This document shows positions 1 to 9,058 of a stretch of 64,000 nt of DNA, in pieces (positions within the stretch are counted from its first letter, which is position 1; every line of letters starts with the position of its first letter). The notes under the pieces were generated by a model. It had not been told where the DNA came from and made no database searches. It saw nothing but the letters and a program-made list of their open reading frames with translations. The DNA is from Verrucomicrobiia bacterium (lineage in GTDB: Bacteria > Verrucomicrobiota > Verrucomicrobiia > Chthoniobacterales > Terrimicrobiaceae). The stretch spans positions 20,687 to 84,686 of the forward strand of contig JBAXXX010000003.1 of assembly GCA_037127695.1 (NCBI GenBank), in the 5' to 3' direction. The translations under genes and the position numbers were made by a program.

Positions 1-107
1 CCGCACCTGCGCGTGCCTAAAAACGAAACGCATGCTTTGCCAGCGCGGGATCCCAGGAAAGTGCCTGCATGGGATCCGTGCGCCGGACGTTCTGGAATGG
101 CTCGAAA

Positions 108-503
108 TTAGCGCTTCGAAAACTGGAACCGCTTGCGGGCACCCGGCTGCCCGGGCTTTTTGCGCTCCTTCATCCGAGGATCGCGGGTCAGGAGACCCTC
201 CAGCTTGAGAGGCACGCGAAGAGCTTCGTCGACCTGCAAGAGCGCGCGGCTCAGCGCGAGCCGAAGCGCCCCGGCCTGCCCGTTGATCCCGCCTCCGCTC
301 GCCCGGACAACCACGTCGTAGGTGTGAACTGAGTTGGCGATCTCCAAGGGGCGGAGGATCTGGTTCTGCAGCGAGAGGCTGGAAAAGTAGTCCAGGAAGT
401 CGCGGCCGTTCACTTTGATAGCTCCCGTGCCGGCTTGCATGCGGATGCTGGCGACCGAGGTTTTGCGGCGGCCGGTGGCGAGGATAGGATTCGATGTGCT
501 CAT
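108..503 (-). CDS. rpsI: 30S ribosomal protein S9 (uS9)
   Basis: 131-aa ORF with GGGINGQAGA and the C-terminal KRFQFSKR typical of uS9. It lies directly downstream of rplM, as in the conserved L13-S9 operon. Confidence 0.95.
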   Translation of the reverse strand: MSTSNPILATGRRKTSVASIRMQAGTGAIKVNGRDFLDYFSSLSLQNQILRPLEIANSVHTYDVVVRASGGGINGQAGALRLALSRALLQVDEALRVPLKLEGLLTRDPRMKERKKPGQPGARKRFQFSKR

Positions 504-511
504 TCGGTAAA

Positions 512-934
512 TCAGGCGGGTTGCGGGTTCTGGGCGATGTGCGGATGCTCGGTGCCGGCATACACTTTTAGCTTGGTGAAAACCGAGCGCCCGAGACGGT
601 TGTGCGGGATCATCCCGCGCACGGCGCGCTCGATCAGGAGCTCGGGCCGACGCTCCCGCCGGGCCTGGAACGTCTCGTGCTTGTGCCCGCCAACATAGCC
701 GGAAAAGCTCATGTATGTCTTGGCCACTTCCTTTTTCCCTCCGATCTCAACCTTCGATGCGTTGAGGACGACCACAAAATCTCCCGTGTCCACATGGGGG
801 GTGAAGATCGTTTTGTTTTTCCCGCGCAGGAGGTTGGCAGCCTTCTCGGCCACGCGCCCAAGCGGCTGGCCGGCAGCGTCAATCACCCACCAGGCGCGCT
901 TCACCTCTTCGGATTTTGCAGAATATGTTTTCAT
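512..934 (-). CDS. rplM: 50S ribosomal protein L13 (uL13)
   Basis: 140-aa ORF with an N-terminus (KRAWWVIDAAGQPLGR...) and length typical of uL13; paired with rpsI. Confidence 0.95.
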   Translation of the reverse strand: MKTYSAKSEEVKRAWWVIDAAGQPLGRVAEKAANLLRGKNKTIFTPHVDTGDFVVVLNASKVEIGGKKEVAKTYMSFSGYVGGHKHETFQARRERRPELLIERAVRGMIPHNRLGRSVFTKLKVYAGTEHPHIAQNPQPA

Positions 935-1075
935 TCGGTAAGTTATCAGGAACCGAGAAACATGAAGCGTTGCCGCCAGCTTGTCAAACAGGCAAAAAAG
1001 AATTTTTCCTGCCTGTCGCGGGCGGGGAGAAATTGGGTTGCGCGCGCGGCGGTGCAGGCGGAGACTCCGCAGCGA

Positions 1076-1831
1076 ATGAAATGTTCAGCCGCCCTCCTTG
1101 CTCTGGCTCCCCTATGGCTTTTCTGCGGATGCTCACGTCCGGCCTCTCCGGCTCCTGAACCTCCGCCCCCCCCTGCGGAGGCGAAGGCTGCCGAAGCGAA
1201 AGCTGCGCAAACGAAGCCGGAGGCCGTGGCGGTTGATGCGGCGGCCTTCGTCGGAACTTGGGCGACGTCGGACGCCCAGGGCCAGGCGTTCGACGTGGTG
1301 ATCTTCCCTGGCGGGCAGGCGGTAAGCACTTGGGTCAAGGGGCCGGGCGGAGCTCACGGGGAGCGCGGGTTCTGGCGGACCGAGCGGGGGCGCCTGCTCG
1401 TCGTGTTCCACGACGGCTGGACAGATGAGATCGTCGCGAAGGGCGGCGCTTACGTGCATCGAGGGTTTGAGCCGGGAGCGGATCTCGGAGGAATATGGAA
1501 GAACGAGGCGGCGGCCCGAAAGGTCGAGGACGGCGGCTTCACCGGCATCTGGCAGCTCAACAAAGAGCCGGACGGCAGCACCCTTTATGTGGCCCTGCAG
1601 TCGTGCGGCCGGGCGTTCAGCACGGTCGGCGGAGGAAGGGAGGGGAAGTGGTCGGCAACCAAGGACGGGGCGCTCTGCTCGTGGCCTGACGGCTGGAACG
1701 ACCTGATCTCCCCGTCGCAGGGGGGGCATCAAAAGCGCTCGTGGGTCGGGCCGGAGGAGCAGAACGCGACCCCGCCAGACATCTCGCCCGCCACGCGGGT
1801 CGGAAACCAAAAGTTCACCATCTCGCCGTGA
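1076..1831 (+). CDS. hypothetical lipoprotein
   Basis: Internal ATG of ORF 602..1831. It begins MKCSAALLALAPLWLFCGC (signal peptide plus lipobox), followed by a Pro/Ala/Lys-rich linker. The upstream part of the ORF is antisense to rplM. An alternative start is at 962. Confidence 0.6.
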   Translation: MKCSAALLALAPLWLFCGCSRPASPAPEPPPPPAEAKAAEAKAAQTKPEAVAVDAAAFVGTWATSDAQGQAFDVVIFPGGQAVSTWVKGPGGAHGERGFWRTERGRLLVVFHDGWTDEIVAKGGAYVHRGFEPGADLGGIWKNEAAARKVEDGGFTGIWQLNKEPDGSTLYVALQSCGRAFSTVGGGREGKWSATKDGALCSWPDGWNDLISPSQGGHQKRSWVGPEEQNATPPDISPATRVGNQKFTISP

Positions 1832-1889
1832 GGGTTTCCCGGGGATCACTTGATTCTCGACAGGCAAGGCGCGGAGCGGCTAAGCAGGT

Positions 1890-3092
1890 TTGATGGACAT
1901 TTTGAGTGTGCTTTCCCTTCCCGAGGCCTTCCTGGTTTGGACGTCCTTGGCCAAGACTCTCGGCCTGCTGGGCGTGATCCTCGGGCTTGTCTCCTACACG
2001 GTCTACGCCGAGCGGAAAGTCTGCGCGCTCATCCAGGACCGGGTCGGGCCGAACCGGGTCGGAATCCCGCTGACGTTGCTCGGGCTGAAAAAGGATCTCC
2101 CGTTCGCCGGGCTCGGGCAGCCGATCGCCGATGCGGTCAAGCTCCTGCTCAAAGAAAATTTCATGCCTGGCGGGGTGAACAAGTTTTACTATTACATCGC
2201 GCCGAAGCTGGCGATGATCCCTCCGATTCTGGTGCTGGCGGTGCTGCCGTTTGGCTCGTCGCTGTTTGGCGTTCCGATGGTGATTGCGGACCTGAACATC
2301 GGGGTCCTGTATGTTTTCGCGGTATCGTCGCTGGGGGTTTACGGGATCGTCCTTGCCGGCTGGGCCTCGAATTCGAAATACCCGTTTCTGGGCGGGATCC
2401 GATCCGCCTCGCAGATGGTCTCCTACGAGCTTGCCCTCGGGCTTTCGGTGATCCCGGTCTTCATGGTCTGCAGGACCCTCAGCCTCCCGGACATCGTGGG
2501 CTGGCAGGTGCAGAACGGATGGCTCGTCGCGCCATGGTGGCCGAAGGGGCTCGAGGCGGGGATGCTTCTTTCCGGCGACTGGCAGGCGGTCGGCGCGGCC
2601 TGCGCAGCCGGATGGTCGCTCCAGCGCGTGCTGCTCTGGATCCCGATGCTGGTTTCGTTCTTTGTCTTCCTGGTCGCGATGTTTGCCGAGACAAACCGCC
2701 TGCCCTTTGACCTTCCGGAGGCTGAGCAGGAGCTTGTTGGCGGATACCACACAGAGTATTCCTCGATGGGGTTCGCCCTGTTTTTCCTTGGAGAATATGC
2801 GGCAATGATCGCCGGATCCGGCGTGATCGTGACCCTTTTCCTCGGCGGCTGGAGCCTGCCGATGGTTCCCGACGGCTCGGCCCCCGGCCTCCCTGGCGCC
2901 CTGCTCGGGCTCGTCAACATCGGCGTCTTCTTTGCCAAGGTCTGCGCCATCCTCCTGCTATTCATCTGGGTGCGCTGGACGCTTCCGAGATTCCGCTACG
3001 ACCAGCTCATGAGGCTCGGGTGGTATTTTTTCTTCGAGCTCGCGCTGGCGAACATCTTCCTGGCGGCGTTTATCCTCGCCTACCTCCGCTGA
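1890..3092 (+). CDS. nuoH: NADH-quinone oxidoreductase subunit H-like membrane protein
   Basis: 400-aa polytopic protein with NuoH/ND1 motifs (ERKVCALIQDRVGPNRVG; ETNRLPFDLPEAEQELVGGYHTEYS). No other nuo genes are adjacent. Confidence 0.85.
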   Translation: MMDILSVLSLPEAFLVWTSLAKTLGLLGVILGLVSYTVYAERKVCALIQDRVGPNRVGIPLTLLGLKKDLPFAGLGQPIADAVKLLLKENFMPGGVNKFYYYIAPKLAMIPPILVLAVLPFGSSLFGVPMVIADLNIGVLYVFAVSSLGVYGIVLAGWASNSKYPFLGGIRSASQMVSYELALGLSVIPVFMVCRTLSLPDIVGWQVQNGWLVAPWWPKGLEAGMLLSGDWQAVGAACAAGWSLQRVLLWIPMLVSFFVFLVAMFAETNRLPFDLPEAEQELVGGYHTEYSSMGFALFFLGEYAAMIAGSGVIVTLFLGGWSLPMVPDGSAPGLPGALLGLVNIGVFFAKVCAILLLFIWVRWTLPRFRYDQLMRLGWYFFFELALANIFLAAFILAYLR

Positions 3093-3093
3093 T

Positions 3094-4383
3094 ATGAGGG
3101 TTCTCCGCCCCGAAGACAAAGGCTATAAAAAAGCCATCGCCGCACTGAGCCGCCGGGCGGTCGCGGATCCCAAGGTCCGAGCGGTGGTCTCGAAAATCCT
3201 CGCCGCCGTCGAGGCGAAAGGCGATGCGGCCCTGATCCGCTACACCAAGAAATTCGGGGGGCCAGCGCTGCTGGCCTCGCAGATCCCGGTGTCGCCGGCC
3301 GAGACGGCCCGCGCGATCGCCGAGCTGCCCGCCGATGCCCGCCGCGCAATTTCCGCCGCGCGGACGAACGTCCGGAATTTTGCCCGCCGCAGCCTGCGCA
3401 AAAGCTGGTTCATGAAGAACCGTCAGGGCGCGGTCGTCGGCGAGAGATACGATCCGTTCCGCCGCGTGGGCATCTACATCCCGGGGGGCACGGCCCCGCT
3501 GGTCTCCTCCGCAATCATGACCTGCACGCTCGCCGCAGCGGCCGGAGTCCCAGAGATCGTCGCCACCACCCCGGCCGGAAAAAATGGCTGCGTGCATCCC
3601 GCGCTTCTCGCGGCGCTCGCCGAGTGCGGGGCCACGGAGATTTACCGGATCGGCGGCGCGCAGGCGGTTGCGGCCCTCGCGTGCGGGACAAAATCCATCC
3701 GCCCGGTCCAGAAAATCTTCGGGCCCGGGAACGCTTATGTGGTTGAGGCGAAGCGCCAGGTTTTCGGGCGCGTTGCGGTTGACCTGCTCCCAGGGCCGAG
3801 CGAGGTGCTGGTGATCGCCGACAGCACCGCGCAGCCGGATTGGATCGCAGCCGACCTCCTGGCGCAATCCGAGCACGGGCACGGCAGCCAGGCCATTCTG
3901 GTGACGGACTCGCAAAAAATCCTTTCCGCTGTGGAAAAGGCTCTCGCCAGGCAAATCAAGCTTTCCGAGCGTCCGAAGGAGCTTGCTTCCGCGCTCGGGA
4001 ACGCGACTCTCATCCTGGTTCCCGACATGAGCTCAGCGATCCATCTCGCGAACGCCTACGCCCCGGAACATGTCTCGATCGCGACCGCGCGGCCAGGGGA
4101 CATCGCCCGGCACCTCACGAGCTCGGGAGGAATCTTTCTCGGCGGGCTCTCCCCGGTCGCCGGAGGAGATTTTCTCGCCGGGCCGAGCCATGAGCTTCCG
4201 ACCGGCGGCGCCGGCAAGTCCTTTGCCGGGCTCACTGTTGACCAGTTCCAGCGCCGGACGAGCGTCGTCATGTTCGATGAACCCTCGCTCCGGGCCTCGC
4301 TCCCATTTCTGGAGACGTTCAGCAGGATCGAGGGCCTCGATGCTCACGGGCGCTCGGCGCGGATCCGGATCGAGAAAAAGTGA
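3094..4383 (+). CDS. hisD: histidinol dehydrogenase
   Basis: 429 aa with HisD-typical blocks (IYIPGGTAPLVSS, SEHGHGSQAILV, ANAYAPEH). Confidence 0.93.
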   Translation: MRVLRPEDKGYKKAIAALSRRAVADPKVRAVVSKILAAVEAKGDAALIRYTKKFGGPALLASQIPVSPAETARAIAELPADARRAISAARTNVRNFARRSLRKSWFMKNRQGAVVGERYDPFRRVGIYIPGGTAPLVSSAIMTCTLAAAAGVPEIVATTPAGKNGCVHPALLAALAECGATEIYRIGGAQAVAALACGTKSIRPVQKIFGPGNAYVVEAKRQVFGRVAVDLLPGPSEVLVIADSTAQPDWIAADLLAQSEHGHGSQAILVTDSQKILSAVEKALARQIKLSERPKELASALGNATLILVPDMSSAIHLANAYAPEHVSIATARPGDIARHLTSSGGIFLGGLSPVAGGDFLAGPSHELPTGGAGKSFAGLTVDQFQRRTSVVMFDEPSLRASLPFLETFSRIEGLDAHGRSARIRIEKK

Positions 4384-5213
4384 TCTGGAGAATCTGCGGG
4401 CGCGACCACGACCTCTCGCGGCGGGGCTGGATCATGGGCGTGCTCAATGCCACGCCCGATTCGTTTTCCGACGGCGGCAGCTTTCTGTCCCCTGGCAGCG
4501 CCGTTTTGCACGGCCTCCGCATGCTTGCCGAGGGGGCCGATGTGGTGGACGTCGGCGGGGAATCCACGCGCCCGGGCGCGACGGCGGTCCCCGAAGAGGA
4601 GGAGCTCCGCCGGGTTCTTCCAGTGGTCCGCGGGCTCGCTGGCAAGGGGCGCATCTCCATAGACACCTCAAAGGCGGCAGTCGCTGAGGCCGCCCTCGCT
4701 GCAGGCGCCGAGATCGTCAACGATGTGAGCGGACTGCGCGGCGATCCCGCCATGGCAGGGCTCGTCGCTCGGACCGGCGCCGGGGTCGTCATCATGCATA
4801 TGCAGGGGATCCCCCGAACCATGCAGGATGCGCCGCATTACGAGCGCGCCGCAGAAGAGGTCGGGGATTTTTTTCGACAGGCGCTCGCCCGCGCGGTAGG
4901 ATCCGGGATTGACCCGATGAGCATCGCCCTCGACCCCGGAATAGGATTTGGAAAGACCCCGGAGCACAACTGCCAGTTGCTTGCCGGTCTCGGCGCGTTC
5001 CTCGAGTTCGGCCGCCCGCTCCTGATCGGGATCTCCCGGAAATCGTTTCTCGGGTGGATTGCCGGGAGCCCGGATCCAGCCGACCGGTTCTGGCCTGGAA
5101 TCTGCCTGACCAGCTTCTGCCGCGAGCGCGGCGCCGTGATTTTTCGCGTCCACGATGTCAAGCCAAACCGGGAGGCGCTTCGGATGACCGAGGCGGTGAT
5201 GGGCGATGCTTGA
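4380..5213 (+). CDS. folP: dihydropteroate synthase
   Basis: Pterin-binding motif GVLNATPDSFSDGG and DVGGESTRPGA. The GTG start overlaps the hisD stop (GTGA). Confidence 0.9.
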   Translation: MIWRICGRDHDLSRRGWIMGVLNATPDSFSDGGSFLSPGSAVLHGLRMLAEGADVVDVGGESTRPGATAVPEEEELRRVLPVVRGLAGKGRISIDTSKAAVAEAALAAGAEIVNDVSGLRGDPAMAGLVARTGAGVVIMHMQGIPRTMQDAPHYERAAEEVGDFFRQALARAVGSGIDPMSIALDPGIGFGKTPEHNCQLLAGLGAFLEFGRPLLIGISRKSFLGWIAGSPDPADRFWPGICLTSFCRERGAVIFRVHDVKPNREALRMTEAVMGDA

Positions 5214-6081
5214 GGCGGCAAGAAAATTTCTGAGCGAGAGCTGGACCTCCGGGGTGGAGATTCTGATTTTAGCTGTCGTCCTCTATTACACCTACCTCTA
5301 CCTGCGCGGGACTCACGGGGCGAGGATCCTGATCGGCCTCGCGCTGGTCTTTCTGACCCTCACCCTGGTTTCCCAGATGCTCAACCTCTTGGTCATCGGG
5401 TGGATCCTGCGAAGCTTTTCGGTCTTCCTCGCGATCGCGCTCGTCGTGATCTTCCAGCCCGAGCTGCGCCGCGCGCTCACCGAGCTCGGCAGCCACCATT
5501 TCTTTTCCTCCGTCTTCGAGGAAAGGGAGACGATCGAGGAGATCACGGACACGGTTTTCGAGCTGGCGAGCAAGGGGTTTGGCGCGCTGATTGCGATCGA
5601 GCGCGAGATCAGCCTCAAGCAGTTTTCCGAAACCGGAGTCCTTCTTGACAGCGAGTATTCGAAGGAGCTCGTCCTCACGCTTTTTCAGCCAAAGACCGTC
5701 CTGCACGACGGGGGGCTGATCATGCGCGGCGACCGGATCGTTTCCGCCGCCTGCATTTTCCCTCTCACCCAGCGCGAGGATCTCGACCGGAACCTGGGGC
5801 TGCGCCACCGCGCCGGGCTCGGGCTCAGCGAGGACTCCGACGCCGTCGCGATCGTGGTATCGGAGGAAACCGGGCAGGTTTCGATTTGCCACAGCGGGCT
5901 GATCGAGCGCAATCTCAGCCTGGATAAATTCCGGAGGCGGCTCAGCCAGCTTCTGCTGCATGACAAGTATGAAAGAGATGATCCTCAACAACTGGAGAGC
6001 GAAAGCCGCGTGCCTGATCCTAGCGTCCGCCCTTTGGTATCTCATCAAGCAGAACGTGGACCGGGCAAACGAAAGGTTTGA
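5206..6081 (+). CDS. cdaA: diadenylate cyclase (c-di-AMP synthase), CdaA/DacA type
   Basis: Three N-terminal TM helices followed by DAC-domain motifs (LHDGGLIM, LGLRHRAGLGLSE, VVSEETGQVS). The last ~40 codons overlap the next gene in another frame. Confidence 0.88.
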   Translation: MLEAARKFLSESWTSGVEILILAVVLYYTYLYLRGTHGARILIGLALVFLTLTLVSQMLNLLVIGWILRSFSVFLAIALVVIFQPELRRALTELGSHHFFSSVFEERETIEEITDTVFELASKGFGALIAIEREISLKQFSETGVLLDSEYSKELVLTLFQPKTVLHDGGLIMRGDRIVSAACIFPLTQREDLDRNLGLRHRAGLGLSEDSDAVAIVVSEETGQVSICHSGLIERNLSLDKFRRRLSQLLLHDKYERDDPQQLESESRVPDPSVRPLVSHQAERGPGKRKV

Positions 6082-6238
6082 ATTTCCACGCGACCGCGCC
6101 AACGAACCCGCCCGGCTCCTAGCCCCTCTGGCTGAGCCTCCGAACCCTGCAGCCCTCAAACCCGCCGCATCCCCGAAACCTGCCAGCACCCAGAAACCCA
6201 CACATGAGCGAACACCAGCGAAAACTCTTCGGAACTGA
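5960..6238 (+). CDS. truncated YbbR/CdaR-like membrane anchor protein (TM helix plus Pro-rich tail)
   Basis: The N-terminus ILNNWRAKAACLILASALWYLIK resembles the YbbR-family anchor. Third-position G+C over 5960-6082 is 29/41 in this frame and 15/40 in the cdaA frame (hand count). Its position between cdaA and glmM matches the known operon. Confidence 0.4.
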   Translation: MTSMKEMILNNWRAKAACLILASALWYLIKQNVDRANERFEFPRDRANEPARLLAPLAEPPNPAALKPAASPKPASTQKPTHERTPAKTLRN

Positions 6239-7589
6239 CGGCGTCCGAGGCGTGGCAAACATCGAGCCCGTCACCGCCGAAACCGCACTCAAGCTCGGGC
6301 GCGCCGCAGCGCATGTCTTCTCGTCGCTCGGAGGGCCCGGCCACCTCCCGGGGGCGCGGCGCAAGGTCGTCCTTGGCAAGGATACCCGCCTCTCCGGCTA
6401 CATGCTCGAGAATGCCATGGTCGCAGGACTCACCTCGCTCGGCGTGGATGTGCTCGTCATCGGGCCGCTCCCCACGCCCGGGGTCGCCTACATCACGCGC
6501 TCGCTCCGCGCGGATGCTGGCATCGTGCTCTCCGCCTCCCACAACCCCTACGAAGACAACGGCATCAAATTTTTCCGCCACGACGGGTACAAGCTTGACG
6601 ACGAGATTGAGGCGAAGATCGAGGGCCTGGTTTTCAGCGGTGCGATCGAGAGCATCCGGCCGACAGCGACGAAGATCGGGAAGGCGTTTCGCATTGACGA
6701 TGCCGTCGGCCGGTATGTGGAGTTTGCCAAGCAGAGCTTCCCGCGCGGGCGCACGCTCGAGTCGCTGAAGATCGCTGTGGACTGCGCAAACGGTGCGGCC
6801 TACAAATCCACGCCCTGCATCCTCCGCGAGCTGGGCGCCGACCTTGCGGTCTTCCACAACCAGCCGAACGGCACGAATATCAACGCCGGCTGCGGGAGCA
6901 CCCACCCTTCGGAAATTCAGCGCTTCGTCAGGGAAACCGGCGCCCACATCGGGATCACGCATGACGGCGATGCGGACCGCGTCCTCCTCTGCGATGAGCT
7001 CGGGGAGCTCGTGGATGGAGATGAGATCATGGCGATTGCCGCCGTGGATTTTCTCCAGAGAGGAAAGCTGGAGGGGAATACGCTCGTGGCGACCGTGATG
7101 AGCAACTTCGGCCTCGACGAGACCCTCGCCTCGCACGGAGGGCGTGTCCTGCGCACAAAGGTCGGCGACCGCTACGTCATCGAGGCAATGCTCCGCGACG
7201 GACACAATGTCGGAGGCGAACAGAGCGGGCACATGATCTTCCGCGATTTCGCCACCACCGGAGACGGCATCGTCAGCGCGCTCCAGATCCTCCGGGTCAT
7301 GGCCGACACAGGAAAGCCGCTCAGCGAGCTGAAAAAAGTGTTGAGGAAATACCCGCAGGCCCAGCGCAACCTCCGAGTGCGCGAAAAGCCGCCGCTCGAA
7401 TCACTCGCGGACGTCTCGAAGCTGCTGGCTGAAACCGAAGCCAGGCTCGCCGGCAAAGGCCGAGTCCTCTTGCGCTACAGCGGAACCGAGCCAAAAATCC
7501 GCCTGCTCATCGAAGGTCCCGACCAGGACGCGATCAACGCCGACGCCGACAAAATCGCATCTGCGATCGGGGAAGCGATCGGCGAGTAG
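6204..7589 (+). CDS. glmM: phosphoglucosamine mutase
   Basis: LFGTDGVRGVAN N-terminus, phosphoserine loop SASHNPYEDNGIKFF and the GDGDADR metal loop. Confidence 0.95.
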   Translation: MSEHQRKLFGTDGVRGVANIEPVTAETALKLGRAAAHVFSSLGGPGHLPGARRKVVLGKDTRLSGYMLENAMVAGLTSLGVDVLVIGPLPTPGVAYITRSLRADAGIVLSASHNPYEDNGIKFFRHDGYKLDDEIEAKIEGLVFSGAIESIRPTATKIGKAFRIDDAVGRYVEFAKQSFPRGRTLESLKIAVDCANGAAYKSTPCILRELGADLAVFHNQPNGTNINAGCGSTHPSEIQRFVRETGAHIGITHDGDADRVLLCDELGELVDGDEIMAIAAVDFLQRGKLEGNTLVATVMSNFGLDETLASHGGRVLRTKVGDRYVIEAMLRDGHNVGGEQSGHMIFRDFATTGDGIVSALQILRVMADTGKPLSELKKVLRKYPQAQRNLRVREKPPLESLADVSKLLAETEARLAGKGRVLLRYSGTEPKIRLLIEGPDQDAINADADKIASAIGEAIGE

Positions 7590-7597
7590 CCCACGCT

Positions 7598-8449
7598 TCA
7601 GGAAGATCCGCGCCTGCGAAGGATGCGGATCCCGGAGGGGGAAATCTCGATCTGTCGTTCGCGATAGAGCGAGCCGAGCGCTTGCTTGAAGGCTTTCTTG
7701 CTGACGCCGAAGGCATGGCGGATTTCCTCCGGGGAGCTCCCGTCATGGAGGGGCAGGCAGCCGCCGCCGGACTCCAATGCGTCGAGAATCTGCCCTGCGA
7801 GCGGCTTGATCCGGCTGTAGCCAGACCGGTCGAGCGAGAGATCGATCTTCCCATCGGGCCGCACGGCGCGCACGAAACCGTCCGCCACATCGCCCACGCC
7901 AAACCGGGCAGCGAAATCCGACTTGTAGAGAAGCCCCCAATGGGAGCTCTCAACGATGGCGCTGTAGCCGAGCGGGGTCTCCCTCGCGATGAGGAGCTTC
8001 ACCGGCTGCCCGGCAGCGTAGGCCGGAGGGGCGAGATCCAGCCAGCGGTCGATCCGCTCGCTCGCAACAATGCGATCGGATTTTTCATCGACGAATACGC
8101 GGACGATGATGCCTTCGCCCGCTCGGGGAAAGCTGACCTGCTCGCGCCGGGGCAGAAGGAGGTCCTTACTCAGCCCCCAATCCAGGAACGCACCGAGGCT
8201 TGGCTTCACGCTCACAACGCGCAGAAAAGCAAAATCGCCCGCCATCGCGAGCGGCGTCTCGGTCGTCGCTACCAGCCGATCCTCGGAATCCCGATAGACG
8301 AAAACATCCAGCACCGATCCCGGCCCGGATCCGGCAGGAATGTAGCGGCCGGGCAGGAGGATCTCTCCAAGCCGCCCGCCATCCAGAAAAAATCCTGGAG
8401 GGGCCTCGCGGAGGACGGTAAGCTGGTTGCGCCTGCCAAGAGTTGCCAT
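7598..8449 (-). CDS. S1-like RNA-binding protein, CvfB/YitL family
   Basis: 283 aa with repeated S1-like segments (GxFLDxG..GLL) and a C-terminal winged-helix-like tail; the architecture resembles CvfB/YitL. Confidence 0.75.
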   Translation of the reverse strand: MATLGRRNQLTVLREAPPGFFLDGGRLGEILLPGRYIPAGSGPGSVLDVFVYRDSEDRLVATTETPLAMAGDFAFLRVVSVKPSLGAFLDWGLSKDLLLPRREQVSFPRAGEGIIVRVFVDEKSDRIVASERIDRWLDLAPPAYAAGQPVKLLIARETPLGYSAIVESSHWGLLYKSDFAARFGVGDVADGFVRAVRPDGKIDLSLDRSGYSRIKPLAGQILDALESGGGCLPLHDGSSPEEIRHAFGVSKKAFKQALGSLYRERQIEISPSGIRILRRRGSS

Positions 8450-8464
8450 GGAGGAACAATCCGG

Positions 8465-8617
8465 CTACTTGCGGTCGGACGAACGGTTTTGGAACCGGGC
8501 GAGCGTCGAGCGGGCGGACATTTCCCGGCGGCGCTGCTCCTCGATCTGGGCGGCGCGGTCCGCCAGGTTGGCCGGACCCGGCGGCTTTTTGGTTTTTCTC
8601 GGCGGGCGATGCGGCAT
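8465..8617 (-). CDS. small basic hypothetical protein (50 aa)
   Basis: Internal ATG of ORF 8465..8782. 42 of 50 codons end in G/C (hand count), whereas the upstream part of the ORF is T-rich at codon position 3. It lies 15 nt upstream of the cvfB-like gene. Confidence 0.5.
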   Translation of the reverse strand: MPHRPPRKTKKPPGPANLADRAAQIEEQRRREMSARSTLARFQNRSSDRK

Positions 8618-8749
8618 GGCAAAACCATCGCACATTGCCGCCTGCCTGGCGAGCAGGGAAAACAGCAGGTTCCGAGCGCCCCGAAAAGAAACTGTCCGCA
8701 GGCGCTCCCCACCCGAATGCTGGAATGCTGGAAATACCGAAATCACTTC

Positions 8750-8777
8750 TTGACAGCTCAGAAGGAAAAGGTATTTT
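8750..8777 (+). promoter_or_regulatory. putative sigma70-type promoter of rpmB
   Basis: TTGACA (8750-8755), a 16-nt spacer, then TATTTT (8772-8777), 14 nt before the rpmB ATG. This implies a very short leader. Confidence 0.35.
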
Positions 8778-8791
8778 TTCAAGCTCTCATT

Positions 8792-9058
8792 ATGTCAAGA
8801 AAGTGCAGCATTACAGGGGCTAAGCCCGTCCGCGGATCGAAGATTCACCGCCGGGGTCTGGCCAAGAAAAAGGGCGGCATCGGCATGCACGTGACGGCAG
8901 TGACCCCACGGTTCTTCTGCCCAAATTTGAAAACCAAGCGCGTCTGGGTTTCCGAGCTGAAGAAGTTCGTGACCGTCAAGGCGACCGCCAGGGCCTTCAA
9001 GACGATCTCCAAAAACGGCGCTCTGAAAACGCTGAGCAAAGCCGGGCTGATCAAGTAG
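8792..9058 (+). CDS. rpmB: 50S ribosomal protein L28 (bL28)
   Basis: The C-terminal 88 aa of ORF 7682..9058 starts MSRKCSITGAKPVRGSKIHRRGLAKKKGG, which is typical of bL28. The upstream ORF part is antisense to the cvfB-like gene. Confidence 0.9.
   Translation: MSRKCSITGAKPVRGSKIHRRGLAKKKGGIGMHVTAVTPRFFCPNLKTKRVWVSELKKFVTVKATARAFKTISKNGALKTLSKAGLIK

Noticed and set aside
602-1075. N-terminal 158 codons of ORF 602..1831.
   Set aside because: They overlap rplM antisense. A signal peptide with lipobox begins at the internal ATG at 1076, so only the distal part is called.
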